A stretch of 64,000 nucleotides of DNA, taken from assembly GCA_965203445.1 (NCBI GenBank), contig OZ241883.1, positions 384,001 to 448,000 of the forward strand, given 5' to 3'. This document shows, piece after piece, positions 41,837-51,219 of this stretch. Each line of letters opens with the position of its first letter. Positions within the stretch are counted from its first letter, which is position 1. Source of the stretch: Candidatus Oxydemutator sp. GTDB taxonomy: Bacteria; Pseudomonadota; Gammaproteobacteria; Poriferisulfidales; Oxydemutatoraceae. A program made the position numbers and the translations under genes. The notes beneath the pieces are model-generated. The model had not been told where the DNA came from and made no database searches. It was given only the letters and a program-made list of their open reading frames with translations.

Positions 41837-43921
41837 ATGCGCCCCCAACAGCTTTTTCCGCGTCGCGCCCGCCTGCTGCCGGCGACGGCGTGGCTTTTGG
41901 CCGGCGTCTGCTGGCAGCCTGTTCACGCCGACGAGGACTTGTGCCGGAAGGAGGCTGCGGGCGGCGGTGACGGAGACGTGAAGATAAGCACGGAGCGACT
42001 GGCGACGCGCGCCGACGGGTTGTCCGCGTTTCGCGGCAACGTACAGGTCGAGCGCGGCGGCGATCGGCTGCGCGCCGACCGCGTGATACACAATCCCAGG
42101 ACGCAGCGGGTCAAGGCGCGGGGCGACGTGCGCTACTCGAGTTGCGGCGATCCCGACCCGGTGTGGTTCATCGCCGCCGACGAATTGACGTTGGACGGCA
42201 AAGAGGGCACCGGCGTGGCCAAAAACGCCTGGCTCCACGTCGCCGACGTGCCGGTCTTCTACCTGCCGCGCTACTACTTCTCGAAAAAGCGCAGGAGCGG
42301 ACTGCTGACGCCGCGCATCGCCCGCTCCGGCGACTCTGGCGGGCAGTTCGCGCAGCCGCTCTACCTGAACCTCGCGCCGAACCACGACGCCTTGATCACG
42401 CCGCATTACTACTCGAGGCGGGGCGCCCAGCTCAACGCCAGGTACCGCTATCTCTACCGGCTCGACCGCGGGCGCGCCGAGGCAGCCTGGCTGGACGACG
42501 GCGACTACGACGACGAACGTTACCACTGGGACTTTGAGCACCGCGCCGAGATAGACGATTTCTTCTCGCTCGACGCGCGCTGGCAGCGGGTGTCGGACGA
42601 GGAATACCTCGAGGATCTGCCCGCCGGTTTCGATATTTTCAGCGAATCCTATCTTCGCAGCCACCTGGAGAGCAATCTGCATTGGCGCGGTTTTCGCTTT
42701 CGCTTCATGGCCGAGGCGCTGCAACGCGCCGACGACGACGCGGCATACAGCGACCGCCCGTACGAGACGCAGCCGGCTTTCTCGGTTGCCGCGAATTTCA
42801 ACCCGCGCGGTTCGCGCCTGCACCTTGATCTGCACGCCGAGGCCGTGCGCTTCGGCCACCGCTACGACTACGTGCGCGACGACGCCGCTCCCGACGGTCT
42901 GAATCTTCGGCGCGGCAGGCGTTACCACGGCAGCCTGGCGATGCGCTGGGACTACCGCCGTCCCGGTTTTTACTTCACGCCGGCGCTGACCCTGAACCAC
43001 ACGCACTACGCTACCCGCCGCGAGCGGACGCGGCGCCGTTCGCTGCCGATCTACAGCGCGCGCGCCGGCCTCACGTTCGCCAAGGATAGCTTCGCCGGGC
43101 GTTACCGCCACACCATCGAACCGGAAATTTTCTATGTGAACGCGGCGCGCCGCAAGCAGGACGAAATTCCGCTGTACGACACCTGCGAGTCCGAGTTTCT
43201 CTTCAGCCGCCTGTTCGATGAAAATCGTTTCAACGGTATAGACCGAATCGGCGACGCCGACCGCGCGACGCTGGCGCTGACGTCGCGCCTGCTGCGTCGC
43301 GCCGACGGCGCCGAGACCGTGCGCGCGAGCCTGGGCCGCACGTATCACTTCCGCGACCGCAAGGTGGTGCTCGGCGCCGACTGCCGCGTCGCCGCGGCCG
43401 GCGCCGTGCGGCGCGCCGCGCGTTCCGACTGGGCCGGCGAGTTCGCGCTGAACGTCAATGACCGAGTGCGCCTCACGTCGTCGCTGGTCTGGGACGCCTC
43501 GGACGGCGACACCGCCAAGTACGGCTCGACGTTGTCGTTTCGCGGCGGGCGCAAGCGCGACCGCATCGTCAACCTGTTTCACCGCTACCGCGACGACGAC
43601 TACGAGCAGGCCGGCGCCAGCTTCCACGCACCGTTGGGCAAACGCCTGAGCCTGTTTGCGAGCGCGGCGCGCGATCTTCGCAACGACGCCGCGCTGCACG
43701 CCTTCGGCGGCCTCGAGTACCGCAGCTGCTGCTGGAGCGTGCGCCTGGCCGCGCAGCGGCGACTCAAGGACGTCAACAACGCGAGCGGCGACGTCGGCGG
43801 CGGTGGTCTTGATTACGACACCTTCGTCGGTATTCAGTTCAGCCTGCGCGGCCTGGGCGACGTCGGCGACAGCCTGGGGGAGCTGCTCGAACGCAGGGTG
43901 CCCGGTTACGATGCGCATTGA
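41837..43921 (+). CDS. lptD: LPS assembly protein LptD
   Basis: PVFYLP, RRSGLL, YLNLAPNHD, VSDEEYLED, NRFNGIDRIGDA and YRSCCW; upstream of surA. Confidence 0.93.
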   Translation: MRPQQLFPRRARLLPATAWLLAGVCWQPVHADEDLCRKEAAGGGDGDVKISTERLATRADGLSAFRGNVQVERGGDRLRADRVIHNPRTQRVKARGDVRYSSCGDPDPVWFIAADELTLDGKEGTGVAKNAWLHVADVPVFYLPRYYFSKKRRSGLLTPRIARSGDSGGQFAQPLYLNLAPNHDALITPHYYSRRGAQLNARYRYLYRLDRGRAEAAWLDDGDYDDERYHWDFEHRAEIDDFFSLDARWQRVSDEEYLEDLPAGFDIFSESYLRSHLESNLHWRGFRFRFMAEALQRADDDAAYSDRPYETQPAFSVAANFNPRGSRLHLDLHAEAVRFGHRYDYVRDDAAPDGLNLRRGRRYHGSLAMRWDYRRPGFYFTPALTLNHTHYATRRERTRRRSLPIYSARAGLTFAKDSFAGRYRHTIEPEIFYVNAARRKQDEIPLYDTCESEFLFSRLFDENRFNGIDRIGDADRATLALTSRLLRRADGAETVRASLGRTYHFRDRKVVLGADCRVAAAGAVRRAARSDWAGEFALNVNDRVRLTSSLVWDASDGDTAKYGSTLSFRGGRKRDRIVNLFHRYRDDDYEQAGASFHAPLGKRLSLFASAARDLRNDAALHAFGGLEYRSCCWSVRLAAQRRLKDVNNASGDVGGGGLDYDTFVGIQFSLRGLGDVGDSLGELLERRVPGYDAH

Positions 43922-45221
43922 CCGTTTGCCGTTGATGACGCGAGCGCTGCGGGCGGCGTTCGCCGTCGCGCTCGCGGCCTACCCCGCGTACGCGCCAGCG
44001 GCGCCCGCCGCCGGCCAGACGCTCGACCGTATCGCCGCGGTCGTGGACGACGAGATTATCACCGTCCGTGAGCTGGACGACGCCGTGGGGCATCTGCGGC
44101 GGACGTTGCGCGAGCGGCGCGCCGAGATCCCCGAACAAAAGGTGCTGGCGGCGCAGGCGTTGCAGGAGTTGATCGTCAGAAAATTGCAGTTGCAGGAGGC
44201 GGCGCGGCGCGGCGTCGTCGTGACCGAACCGCAACTGGACCAGGCGATGGAGAACCTGGGCAAACGCAACCGCATGACGCTCGCCGAACTGAAGGAGCAG
44301 GTGGAGAAGGAAGGCGGCAGTTACGCCCGGTTGCGCGAAGACCTGCGCCGGCAGATGATCATCGCGCAACTGCGCCAGCGCGAGGTGACCGACAAGATCG
44401 AGGTCACCGAGCGGGAGATCCAGGAGTTTCTGGCGGCGCGCAACGTCGAATTCGAGTATCGTTTTGCGCGCGTGGCGCTGGCTCTGCCGGAGACCGAGGC
44501 CGGCCTCGAGCAGGCGCGCGCGTGGTTCAGGTCGCTGCGCGACGCGGCCGCGGACGGCGACTTCGGGGAGGCGGCGCGCGCCTCGGCGAGGCGCGCGCCG
44601 GAGGGGCTTAACGCGCGCTTCAAGGACCTGGGATGGCGTTACGCCGAGGAATTGCCGCGACCGCTTGCGAACAGGGCGGCGCGCATGAAGGTCGGCGCGT
44701 TTTCGCCGCTCATCAAAACCGGCAAGGCGCTGTACCTGTTTCGGCTCGAAGGCAAGCGCGACGCCGGGCAGCCCGAGGCGACGGAGATGCAGTACCACGC
44801 GCGCCACATCCTGATGCCGACCAACGCGATGGACACCGACGCCGTGGTGCGCGGCAAACTCGCGCGCATCAAGAAACGCATAGAGGACGGCGGGGATTTC
44901 TCCAAATACGCGAAGAAGTACTCGCAGGATCCCGGCAGCAGCTTCAAGGGCGGCGACCTGGGCTGGGTGTCGCCGAAGAGCATGGCGCCGGCGTTCGCCG
45001 GGAAGCTGCAAAGCAGCGCGAAGAACGAGATTGCCGGCCCGTTCAAGAGCTCCTTCGGGTGGCACTTGTTGCAGGTGCTGGGCGTGCGCGAGCACGACGT
45101 GGGCAGCGAGACGTGGCGCCGCCAGGCCGTCGCCGAAATCCGCAGGAAAAAATCTGACGAAGAAATCCGCTCGTGGCTGCTGCGCCTGCGTGAACGGCGC
45201 TACGTGGATATACGGCTGTAG
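43911..45221 (+). CDS. surA: Periplasmic chaperone/PPIase SurA
   Basis: Signal peptide, DRIAAVVDDEII and parvulin motifs ARHIL, YSQDPGS, GGDLGW and FGWH. Confidence 0.93.
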   Translation: MRIDRLPLMTRALRAAFAVALAAYPAYAPAAPAAGQTLDRIAAVVDDEIITVRELDDAVGHLRRTLRERRAEIPEQKVLAAQALQELIVRKLQLQEAARRGVVVTEPQLDQAMENLGKRNRMTLAELKEQVEKEGGSYARLREDLRRQMIIAQLRQREVTDKIEVTEREIQEFLAARNVEFEYRFARVALALPETEAGLEQARAWFRSLRDAAADGDFGEAARASARRAPEGLNARFKDLGWRYAEELPRPLANRAARMKVGAFSPLIKTGKALYLFRLEGKRDAGQPEATEMQYHARHILMPTNAMDTDAVVRGKLARIKKRIEDGGDFSKYAKKYSQDPGSSFKGGDLGWVSPKSMAPAFAGKLQSSAKNEIAGPFKSSFGWHLLQVLGVREHDVGSETWRRQAVAEIRRKKSDEEIRSWLLRLRERRYVDIRL

Positions 45222-45244
45222 GCCGCGTCCGGACGCAGGGCGGC

Positions 45245-46225
45245 GTGAACACCATCATCGTGACCTCCGGCGAGCCGGCCGGAATCGGGCCCGACGTCGC
45301 GGTCGCACTGGCGCACGTCGCGTTCGACGCCGGCGTCGTCGTGATCGGCGACGGTGATCTGCTCGCAAGCCGCGCCGCGCAAACCGGCGCCGAAGTCTCG
45401 TTCGAGCCGTTCGCGCCGGGCGCGACGCGCGGGCACGCCGGACACGGGCGGCTTGCGGTGCTCCACGTTCCGTTGAAGGCGCCGGTCGTCGCCGGGCGGC
45501 TCGATCCGCGCAACTCGGCCTACGTGCTCGAACTGCTCGACCGTGCGCTCGCCGGTTGTCTGGAGCGGCGCTTTCAGGCGCTGGTGACGTGCCCGGTGCA
45601 CAAGGCCGCGATCGCGCGTTCGGGCGTCGCCTTCAGCGGCCACACCGAATACCTGGCGGCGGCCGCGGGCGGGCGCGGCGTGATGCTGCTCGAGACCGGC
45701 GCAATGCGCGTCGCGTTGGCGACGACGCACCTGCCGTTGCGCGCGGTGGCGGACACGTTGACGCGGGCCGGCGTCGAGACGACGTTGTCCGTCGTGCACG
45801 ACGACCTGCGCGAACGTTTCGGCGTGGCGTCCCCACGCATCGCCGTGTGCGGACTCAATCCCCACGCCGGCGAGCAGGGCTGTCTCGGAAGCGAGGAACG
45901 GGAAATCATAGCGCCGGCCATACAGCGTATGCGGGCGCAAGGGATGCGCGTCGAAGGGCCGTTACCCGCCGACACCGTGTTCGTCGCCGGGCGTCTGCGA
46001 CGATACGACGTCGTCGTCGCGATGTACCACGACCAGGGGCTGCCGGTCGTCAAGCACGCGGGTTTCGGCGAGGCCGTCAACGTGACCCTCGGCCTGCCTT
46101 TCGTGCGCACCTCGGTGGATCACGGCACGGCGCTGGAACTCGCGGGCAGCGGGCGCGCGTCGGCCTCGAGCCTGGTGGCCGCGGTGCGACGGGCGGCGGA
46201 GTTGTGCGCGCCGCGGGAGCCTTAG
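45245..46225 (+). CDS. pdxA: 4-hydroxythreonine-4-phosphate dehydrogenase
   Basis: GEPAGIGPD, GHTEYL, GLNPHAGE, MYHDQGL and RTSVDHGTA. Confidence 0.97.
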   Translation: MNTIIVTSGEPAGIGPDVAVALAHVAFDAGVVVIGDGDLLASRAAQTGAEVSFEPFAPGATRGHAGHGRLAVLHVPLKAPVVAGRLDPRNSAYVLELLDRALAGCLERRFQALVTCPVHKAAIARSGVAFSGHTEYLAAAAGGRGVMLLETGAMRVALATTHLPLRAVADTLTRAGVETTLSVVHDDLRERFGVASPRIAVCGLNPHAGEQGCLGSEEREIIAPAIQRMRAQGMRVEGPLPADTVFVAGRLRRYDVVVAMYHDQGLPVVKHAGFGEAVNVTLGLPFVRTSVDHGTALELAGSGRASASSLVAAVRRAAELCAPREP

Positions 46226-46235
46226 GGTTACGGGT

Positions 46236-47000
46236 ATGCGCAAACGTTTCGGACAGCATTTCCTGCGCGACCAGGCGGTCGTCGCGCGCATCATGGAGAG
46301 CGTCGCGCCGGCGCCCGGCGACAACCTGATCGAAATCGGCCCCGGCCGAGGCGCGTTGACGCGGCCTTTGCTCGAGCGCGCCCGGCGGCTCGCGGTGATC
46401 GAGATAGACCGCGACCTTGCGCGCGGCCTCGAGGCGTGGAGCGCGCCCGGCGGGCGCCTGCGCGTGCATTGCGAAGACGCGCTGCAATTCGACTTCGCGC
46501 GCGCCGGCGGCGCCCTCAGGGTCGTCGGCAATCTTCCCTACAACGTATCCACGCCGCTGCTGTTTCGGCTGGTGCGCTTCCACGAGCAGGTCCGCGACCT
46601 GCACTTCATGTTGCAGCGCGAAGTGGTCGCGCGGCTGGCGGCGCGCCCGGGCGACGCCGCCTATTCGCGGCTCAGCGTCGTCAGTGCCTGCTGTTTCGAC
46701 GTGCGCCCGTTGTTCGACGTGCCGCCCGGGGCGTTCGCGCCTAGGCCCGCGGTCGTGTCCAGTTTCGTGCGCCTGCTGCCGAAACCCGCGCCGCCGCCCG
46801 CCGTCCGGGAACGCCTCGATTCGCTGGTCAAACTGGCGTTTTCACGGCGTCGCAAAACCGTCGCCAACGCACTGGCGACGCTGTTTGACCGGGAGGCGTT
46901 GGAGCGGCTTGGGATAAATCCGGGCCAGCGCCCGGAAACCCTGCGTGTTGACCAGTTTATGAAAATGTTGGGAACTATATACAAAAATGCACCATCGTAA
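46236..47000 (+). CDS. rsmA: 16S rRNA dimethyladenosine transferase (last codons supplied by the inserted element)
   Basis: RKRFGQHFL, EIGPGRGALT, GNLPYNVST and MLQREV. Confidence 0.96.
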   Translation: MRKRFGQHFLRDQAVVARIMESVAPAPGDNLIEIGPGRGALTRPLLERARRLAVIEIDRDLARGLEAWSAPGGRLRVHCEDALQFDFARAGGALRVVGNLPYNVSTPLLFRLVRFHEQVRDLHFMLQREVVARLAARPGDAAYSRLSVVSACCFDVRPLFDVPPGAFAPRPAVVSSFVRLLPKPAPPPAVRERLDSLVKLAFSRRRKTVANALATLFDREALERLGINPGQRPETLRVDQFMKMLGTIYKNAPS

Positions 47001-48296
47001 TGGTGATCAATGTATAGTGTGCCGTCTTGACGAGTTTATGAAAGTTTATCGAACAATCCGATACAGGTTACATGCCGGCACGCAGGCCAAAGCCCGCAAG
47101 TTGGCGGGCACGGCAGGGGCGTGCCGTTATGTGTGGAACCATTTCGTGGGGAAGTTGCGGGATGAGTATGCCGAGGAAGGCGAGTGCGATTACCGGTTTT
47201 ATTCGCTTGGTAAGCGGTTCACGGCTTTGCGAAGGGATGGCGATACGTGGTTGCAGGAGTATTCCATGCCGATAGTGCGCCAGGCATTGAAACCGATAGA
47301 AACCGCATATCGGCGGTTCTCTAAGAAGGAAGGAGGCCTGCCACGTTTCCATGCCAAGTATGTCCGCCCGGATAGCTTCCCGTTATGTGCCGGTGCATTC
47401 CGTATGCGTGGGCGCTACCTGTACATCGCCGAGATAGGCGAGGTGCTACTGCTTGGCCACAACCCATACCCGGATGGCGTGCCAAAGTCCGGCACGGTCA
47501 AGCGGGAATGCGGCAAGTGGTATGCGTATATCACATACGAAGTGGAGCAGACCGAAGTGTCGAAAGCAGAGTACTCTGTAGGAATAGATCGAAACGTCGG
47601 CCAGGTAACGTTGTCCGACGGGACGATGTATCGTATCCCGGATACGGCAAGGCCTGAGCGGCGCGTCAGGCGTTATCAGAGGATGATGGCGAGGCGTCAG
47701 GGGCCGAACCGCAAGAAGGGGATCAAGGCGTCGAACCGATGGCTACGCGCACAGTTGCTACACCAGAGGGCGCAGGCCACGTTGCGCCACGCCAGACGGA
47801 ATTGGTGCCATGGCGTATCGAGGGAAGTGGCCGACGGGTATTCTCTTGTCCATCTGGAGAAGTTGAACATCAAAGGAATGTCAGCCGGTGCCAAGGGCAC
47901 CAAAGAGAATCCAGGCAGGAACGTCCGGGCGAAGGCAGGCTTGAATCGAGTGATACTCGCCACCTGCTGGGGCAAGTTCCATCAGTGCCTGGATTACAAG
48001 ACGAATACGAACTACGTGAATCCCGCATACACAAGCCAGACGTGCAATGAGTGCGGGCATGTAGATAAGAACGGTAGAAGGTCGCAATCAGTATTTATTT
48101 GTACCGCCTGCGGTCATCGGGACAATGTGGACTGGAATTCTGCCCTTTGTATAAAGGGCAGAGGAGACGCCGCGATGAGTATGAAGGCCTCCGGGAATGG
48201 GGCTGCTGGACGTGGAGGATACGGGGTTAGCCGGCCCGTGAAGCGTCAAATTGATACAGAACGCCACCCGGTGGTGCATTTTTGTATATAATTCCC
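46970..48296 (+). mobile_element. 1327-bp TIR-bounded non-autonomous element carrying tnpB (IS1595-family-like ends)
   Basis: TIRs 46970-46997 and 48269-48296 match at 26/28 positions; the direct repeat AAAATGTT lies at 46962-46969 and 48297-48304; no transposase inside. Confidence 0.9.
47038..48291 (+). CDS. tnpB: RNA-guided endonuclease TnpB family protein
   Basis: N-terminal YRL...AGACRYVWN, RuvC-I VGIDRN, RuvC-II HLEKL, zinc finger CNEC...CTAC and RuvC-III NVDWN. Confidence 0.94.
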   Translation: MKVYRTIRYRLHAGTQAKARKLAGTAGACRYVWNHFVGKLRDEYAEEGECDYRFYSLGKRFTALRRDGDTWLQEYSMPIVRQALKPIETAYRRFSKKEGGLPRFHAKYVRPDSFPLCAGAFRMRGRYLYIAEIGEVLLLGHNPYPDGVPKSGTVKRECGKWYAYITYEVEQTEVSKAEYSVGIDRNVGQVTLSDGTMYRIPDTARPERRVRRYQRMMARRQGPNRKKGIKASNRWLRAQLLHQRAQATLRHARRNWCHGVSREVADGYSLVHLEKLNIKGMSAGAKGTKENPGRNVRAKAGLNRVILATCWGKFHQCLDYKTNTNYVNPAYTSQTCNECGHVDKNGRRSQSVFICTACGHRDNVDWNSALCIKGRGDAAMSMKASGNGAAGRGGYGVSRPVKRQIDTERHPVVHFCI

Positions 48297-48316
48297 AAAA
48301 TGTTAAACAATGACGG
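48186..48316 (+). ncRNA. Predicted TnpB omega/reRNA (scaffold + flank-derived guide)
   Basis: Hairpin GGCCTC-[CGGGAAT]-GGGGCT, GACGTGGAG...GAAGCGTC stem and terminal hairpin ATACAGAA-CGCCAC/GTGGTG-TTTTGTAT; loop GGGAAT is complementary to the terminal ATTCCC. Confidence 0.6.
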
Positions 48317-48339
48317 CGATCAACTCCGGGAGGTTTGAC

Positions 48340-48720
48340 ATGCCAGACAAACTCTACGACATCAACGTGAGCGTGGAAACGCAGTTCCTCGAGGAACAGT
48401 CCGATCTGCTCAAGGATCGCTACGTTTTCGCGTACACCATCACCATTCTGAACGAGGGCAAGGTTCCGGCGCAACTGATCTCCCGCCACTGGATCATCAC
48501 CGACTCGAACCAGAAAATTCAGGAGGTGTCCGGCGAGGGCGTCGTCGGCGAGCAGCCCTATCTGCGTCCCGGAGTGAGTTTCCGCTACACCAGCGGCGCG
48601 GTCCTGGAGACGCCGTTCGGCACGATGCGCGGCAGCTACCAGATGCTCGCCGAAGACGGCACCGAATTCGAGGCCGAGATCGAAGAGTTTCAGCTGACCG
48701 CGCCGCACACCCTGCACTGA
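48340..48720 (+). CDS. apaG: ApaG protein
   Basis: YVFAYTITI, QLISRHWIITD, GEGVVGEQP and YTSG; SD GGAGG. Confidence 0.96.
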   Translation: MPDKLYDINVSVETQFLEEQSDLLKDRYVFAYTITILNEGKVPAQLISRHWIITDSNQKIQEVSGEGVVGEQPYLRPGVSFRYTSGAVLETPFGTMRGSYQMLAEDGTEFEAEIEEFQLTAPHTLH

Positions 48721-48786
48721 TTCTGCCAGCGCGCGACGAGACGCCGTCACGATACCCGTGATCAGCGCCATGAGCGCCGCCCGCCG

Positions 48787-49617
48787 ATGAGCCTCTACGC
48801 GGTCGGCGACGTGCAAGGCTGTTACGGCGACTTGCGGCGCCTGCTCGATAAAATCCGCTTCGATCCGGCGTCCGACGAGTTGTGGTTCGCCGGCGATCTC
48901 GTCAACCGAGGGCCGCAATCGTTAGAAACGCTGCGCTTTGTAAAAAGCCTCGGCGCGGCGGCACGTTGCGTGCTCGGCAACCACGAGTTTCACCTGTTGC
49001 GGCTGGCGACCGGCGTCGCCGGCAGCGACGACCCCGGCTTGCGCGCGGTGCTCGCCGCAGCCGACGCGGACGAGTTGATCGAATGGGTCGCAAGCCGCCC
49101 GCTGCTGCACGTGGATCGAAGGCGCGAACTGATTCTGGTGCACGCCGGTTTGTTGCCGCAGTGGGACGTCGAGACCGCGGCGGCGCTCGCGGCCGAAGTG
49201 GAGGCGGCGTTGCGCGGCGACGGTGATGACCGCGCGCGGCGTCGCCGGCAATTTCTGGCGACTGTGTACGGCGACCGCCCCGATCGTTGGGACGCGGCGC
49301 TCGAAGGCGCCGACCGCTCGCGCGTGATCGTCAACGCGCTGACGCGGTTGCGGTTTTGCGGCGCGGACGGGCGCATGGATCTGGAGCAGACCGGGCCGCC
49401 CGGTTCGCAGCCGCATGGTCTGCATCCGTGGTACGAATTGCCGCACCGCCACGGCGATTGCACCGTCGTGTTCGGCCATTGGGCGGCGCTGGGTTTTCGG
49501 CGGATGCCCGGTTGCGTTGCGCTCGATTCCGGCTGCGTATGGCGCGGGCGTCTGACCGCGTTTCGGCTCGAGCCCGGGCGCCGGGAGGCGTTCAGCGTGG
49601 GTTGCGGCGAGCACTGA
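48787..49617 (+). CDS. apaH: Symmetrical bis(5'-nucleosyl)-tetraphosphatase
   Basis: GDVQGC, GDLVNRGP, LGNHE, VHAG, FGHWAAL and LDSGCVW. Confidence 0.96.
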   Translation: MSLYAVGDVQGCYGDLRRLLDKIRFDPASDELWFAGDLVNRGPQSLETLRFVKSLGAAARCVLGNHEFHLLRLATGVAGSDDPGLRAVLAAADADELIEWVASRPLLHVDRRRELILVHAGLLPQWDVETAAALAAEVEAALRGDGDDRARRRRQFLATVYGDRPDRWDAALEGADRSRVIVNALTRLRFCGADGRMDLEQTGPPGSQPHGLHPWYELPHRHGDCTVVFGHWAALGFRRMPGCVALDSGCVWRGRLTAFRLEPGRREAFSVGCGEH

Positions 49618-50149
49618 CCGCGGGCTTGTCGCCGCCGTTTCCGGTCACGGCGCCGCGTGCGCGCGGCGCGACTCTCGAAAGCACGCTGAAGCGCATGCCG
49701 TAGGCGTTGCGCTCGTCCGCCGGATGACGGCCCTGCTCGCGCGTCCGCCATTCGCGCTCGTCGAGTTCGGGGAACAGCACGTCGCCGTCGAGTTCGGCCT
49801 CGAGCAGCGTGCGGTAAATCGTGTCGGCAAACGGCAGCAACAGGCGGTAGATCTCGGCGCCGCCGATTACGAAGAAACGCGCACCGCCGACTAGCCGTTC
49901 GAGCCTTTCCGGATTCGCCGCCGTTTCAAAGCCCGCGCCCGCGAGCTCGCCGCGGCTCATGACGATGTTCCTGCGCCCGGGCAGCGCGCGGCGCCCGAGC
50001 GCGTCGAACGTGCGGCGTCCCATGACGACGGGGTGCCCCATCGTGGTCTCCCGGAAACGCCGCAAATCCGCGGGCAGATGCCACGGCATGCGGTTGCCCG
50101 CGCCGATGACGCGGTTGCGCGCGTGGCACACGATCAGCGACGCGTTCAT
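49592..50149 (-). CDS. folA: Dihydrofolate reductase
   Basis: [37 protein letters not shown] and GDVLFP. Confidence 0.95.
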   Translation of the reverse strand: MNASLIVCHARNRVIGAGNRMPWHLPADLRRFRETTMGHPVVMGRRTFDALGRRALPGRRNIVMSRGELAGAGFETAANPERLERLVGGARFFVIGGAEIYRLLLPFADTIYRTLLEAELDGDVLFPELDEREWRTREQGRHPADERNAYGMRFSVLSRVAPRARGAVTGNGGDKPAVSARRNPR

Positions 50150-50940
50150 ACTGCGACCGGCGCCGCGATGTGGGGATGCGCGTTATAGTCGAGCAGGGTG
50201 ACGTCCTCGAAACGAAAGTCGAACAGATCGGTTACCGCCGCGTTCAGCCGCACGCGCGGCGGCGGCAACGGTTCTCTCGTCAGTTGTTCGCGCGCCTGGT
50301 CGAGGTGGTTGCGGTACAGATGCGCGTCGCCGATCGAGTGGATCAGTTCGCCGCGCGCGAGTTCGCACACGTGGGCGACCATCGCCGTCAGCAGCGCATA
50401 GGACGCGACGTTGAACGGCACCCCCAGGAAGACGTCGGCGCTGCGCTGGTAGAACTGGCACGACAGGCGGTTGCCGGCGACGTAGAACTGGATCAGCACG
50501 TGGCACGGCGCCAGCCTCATGCGCCCCAACTCGCCGGGGTTCCACGCGCTGACGAGCAGTCTGCGCGAGTCGGGGTCTCGCCTGATCGCCTCGACGACGC
50601 CGCGCATTTGATCCACGCGGCCGCCGTCGGCGGCGCGCCACCCGCGCCACTGTGCGCCGTAGAGCGGGCCGACGTCGCCGTGCTCGTCGGCCCATTCGTC
50701 CCATATCGAGACGCCGTTGTCTTTCAGATAGGCGACGTTGGTGTCGCCCTTCAGAAACCACAGCAGCTCGTGGACGACCGATTTGAAATGGATCTTTTTC
50801 GTCGTCAGCAGCGGGAAACCCGCGCTCAGGTCGTAGCGCGACTGCCAGCCGAACAGCGACAGTGTGCCGGTGCCGGTGCGGTCTTCCTTGCGCACGCCGC
50901 GCGCAAGAATTTCCTCCAGCAGTCTGAGGTACGGACGCAT
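50146..50940 (-). CDS. thyA: Thymidylate synthase
   Basis: [26 protein letters not shown] and [14 protein letters not shown]; 264 aa. Confidence 0.97.
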   Translation of the reverse strand: MRPYLRLLEEILARGVRKEDRTGTGTLSLFGWQSRYDLSAGFPLLTTKKIHFKSVVHELLWFLKGDTNVAYLKDNGVSIWDEWADEHGDVGPLYGAQWRGWRAADGGRVDQMRGVVEAIRRDPDSRRLLVSAWNPGELGRMRLAPCHVLIQFYVAGNRLSCQFYQRSADVFLGVPFNVASYALLTAMVAHVCELARGELIHSIGDAHLYRNHLDQAREQLTREPLPPPRVRLNAAVTDLFDFRFEDVTLLDYNAHPHIAAPVAV

Positions 50941-50999
50941 TACGCGAATTATAAAACGCCCCGCCGCCCCCGTCATTCCCGCGAAACGCCAATGTCAGC

Positions 51000-51163
51000 C
51001 CAAAGCACAAACGTCCTAATCGGACACAATGTGGTGGCTAAGGCGATAACCAGGCGGCGCTGCGGTTCAGGCCGCAGACTGGCGCCGGATCACCCGTGGA
51101 GACGTTGGCGGGGAAACCATCAAAGCGCTAAGCGCTGCCGCCAATAGGACATCTGTGCTTTGG
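51000..51163. mobile_element. MITE-like element (164 bp)
   Basis: Ends ccaaagcacaaacgtccta and taggacatctgtgctttgg are inverted (17/19); a second partial copy lies at 61328-61412. Confidence 0.7.
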
Positions 51164-51219
51164 TTCGACATAATTCCCACAAGCCTCGTCGCCGGATCCG
51201 ATGGTGTACAATCATCGGG

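Noticed and set aside
41834-43918. 694-aa minus-strand ORF (also 30810-32273, 57646-59757, 6505-8184, 26941-28068)
   Set aside because: Mirror ORFs of lptD, gltD, gpmI, mrcA and mod.
46970-48296. Ordinary IS1341/IS605 element or Cas12f-CRISPR locus
   Set aside because: No tnpA and no CRISPR array; TIRs plus an 8-bp TSD do not fit Y1 transposition.
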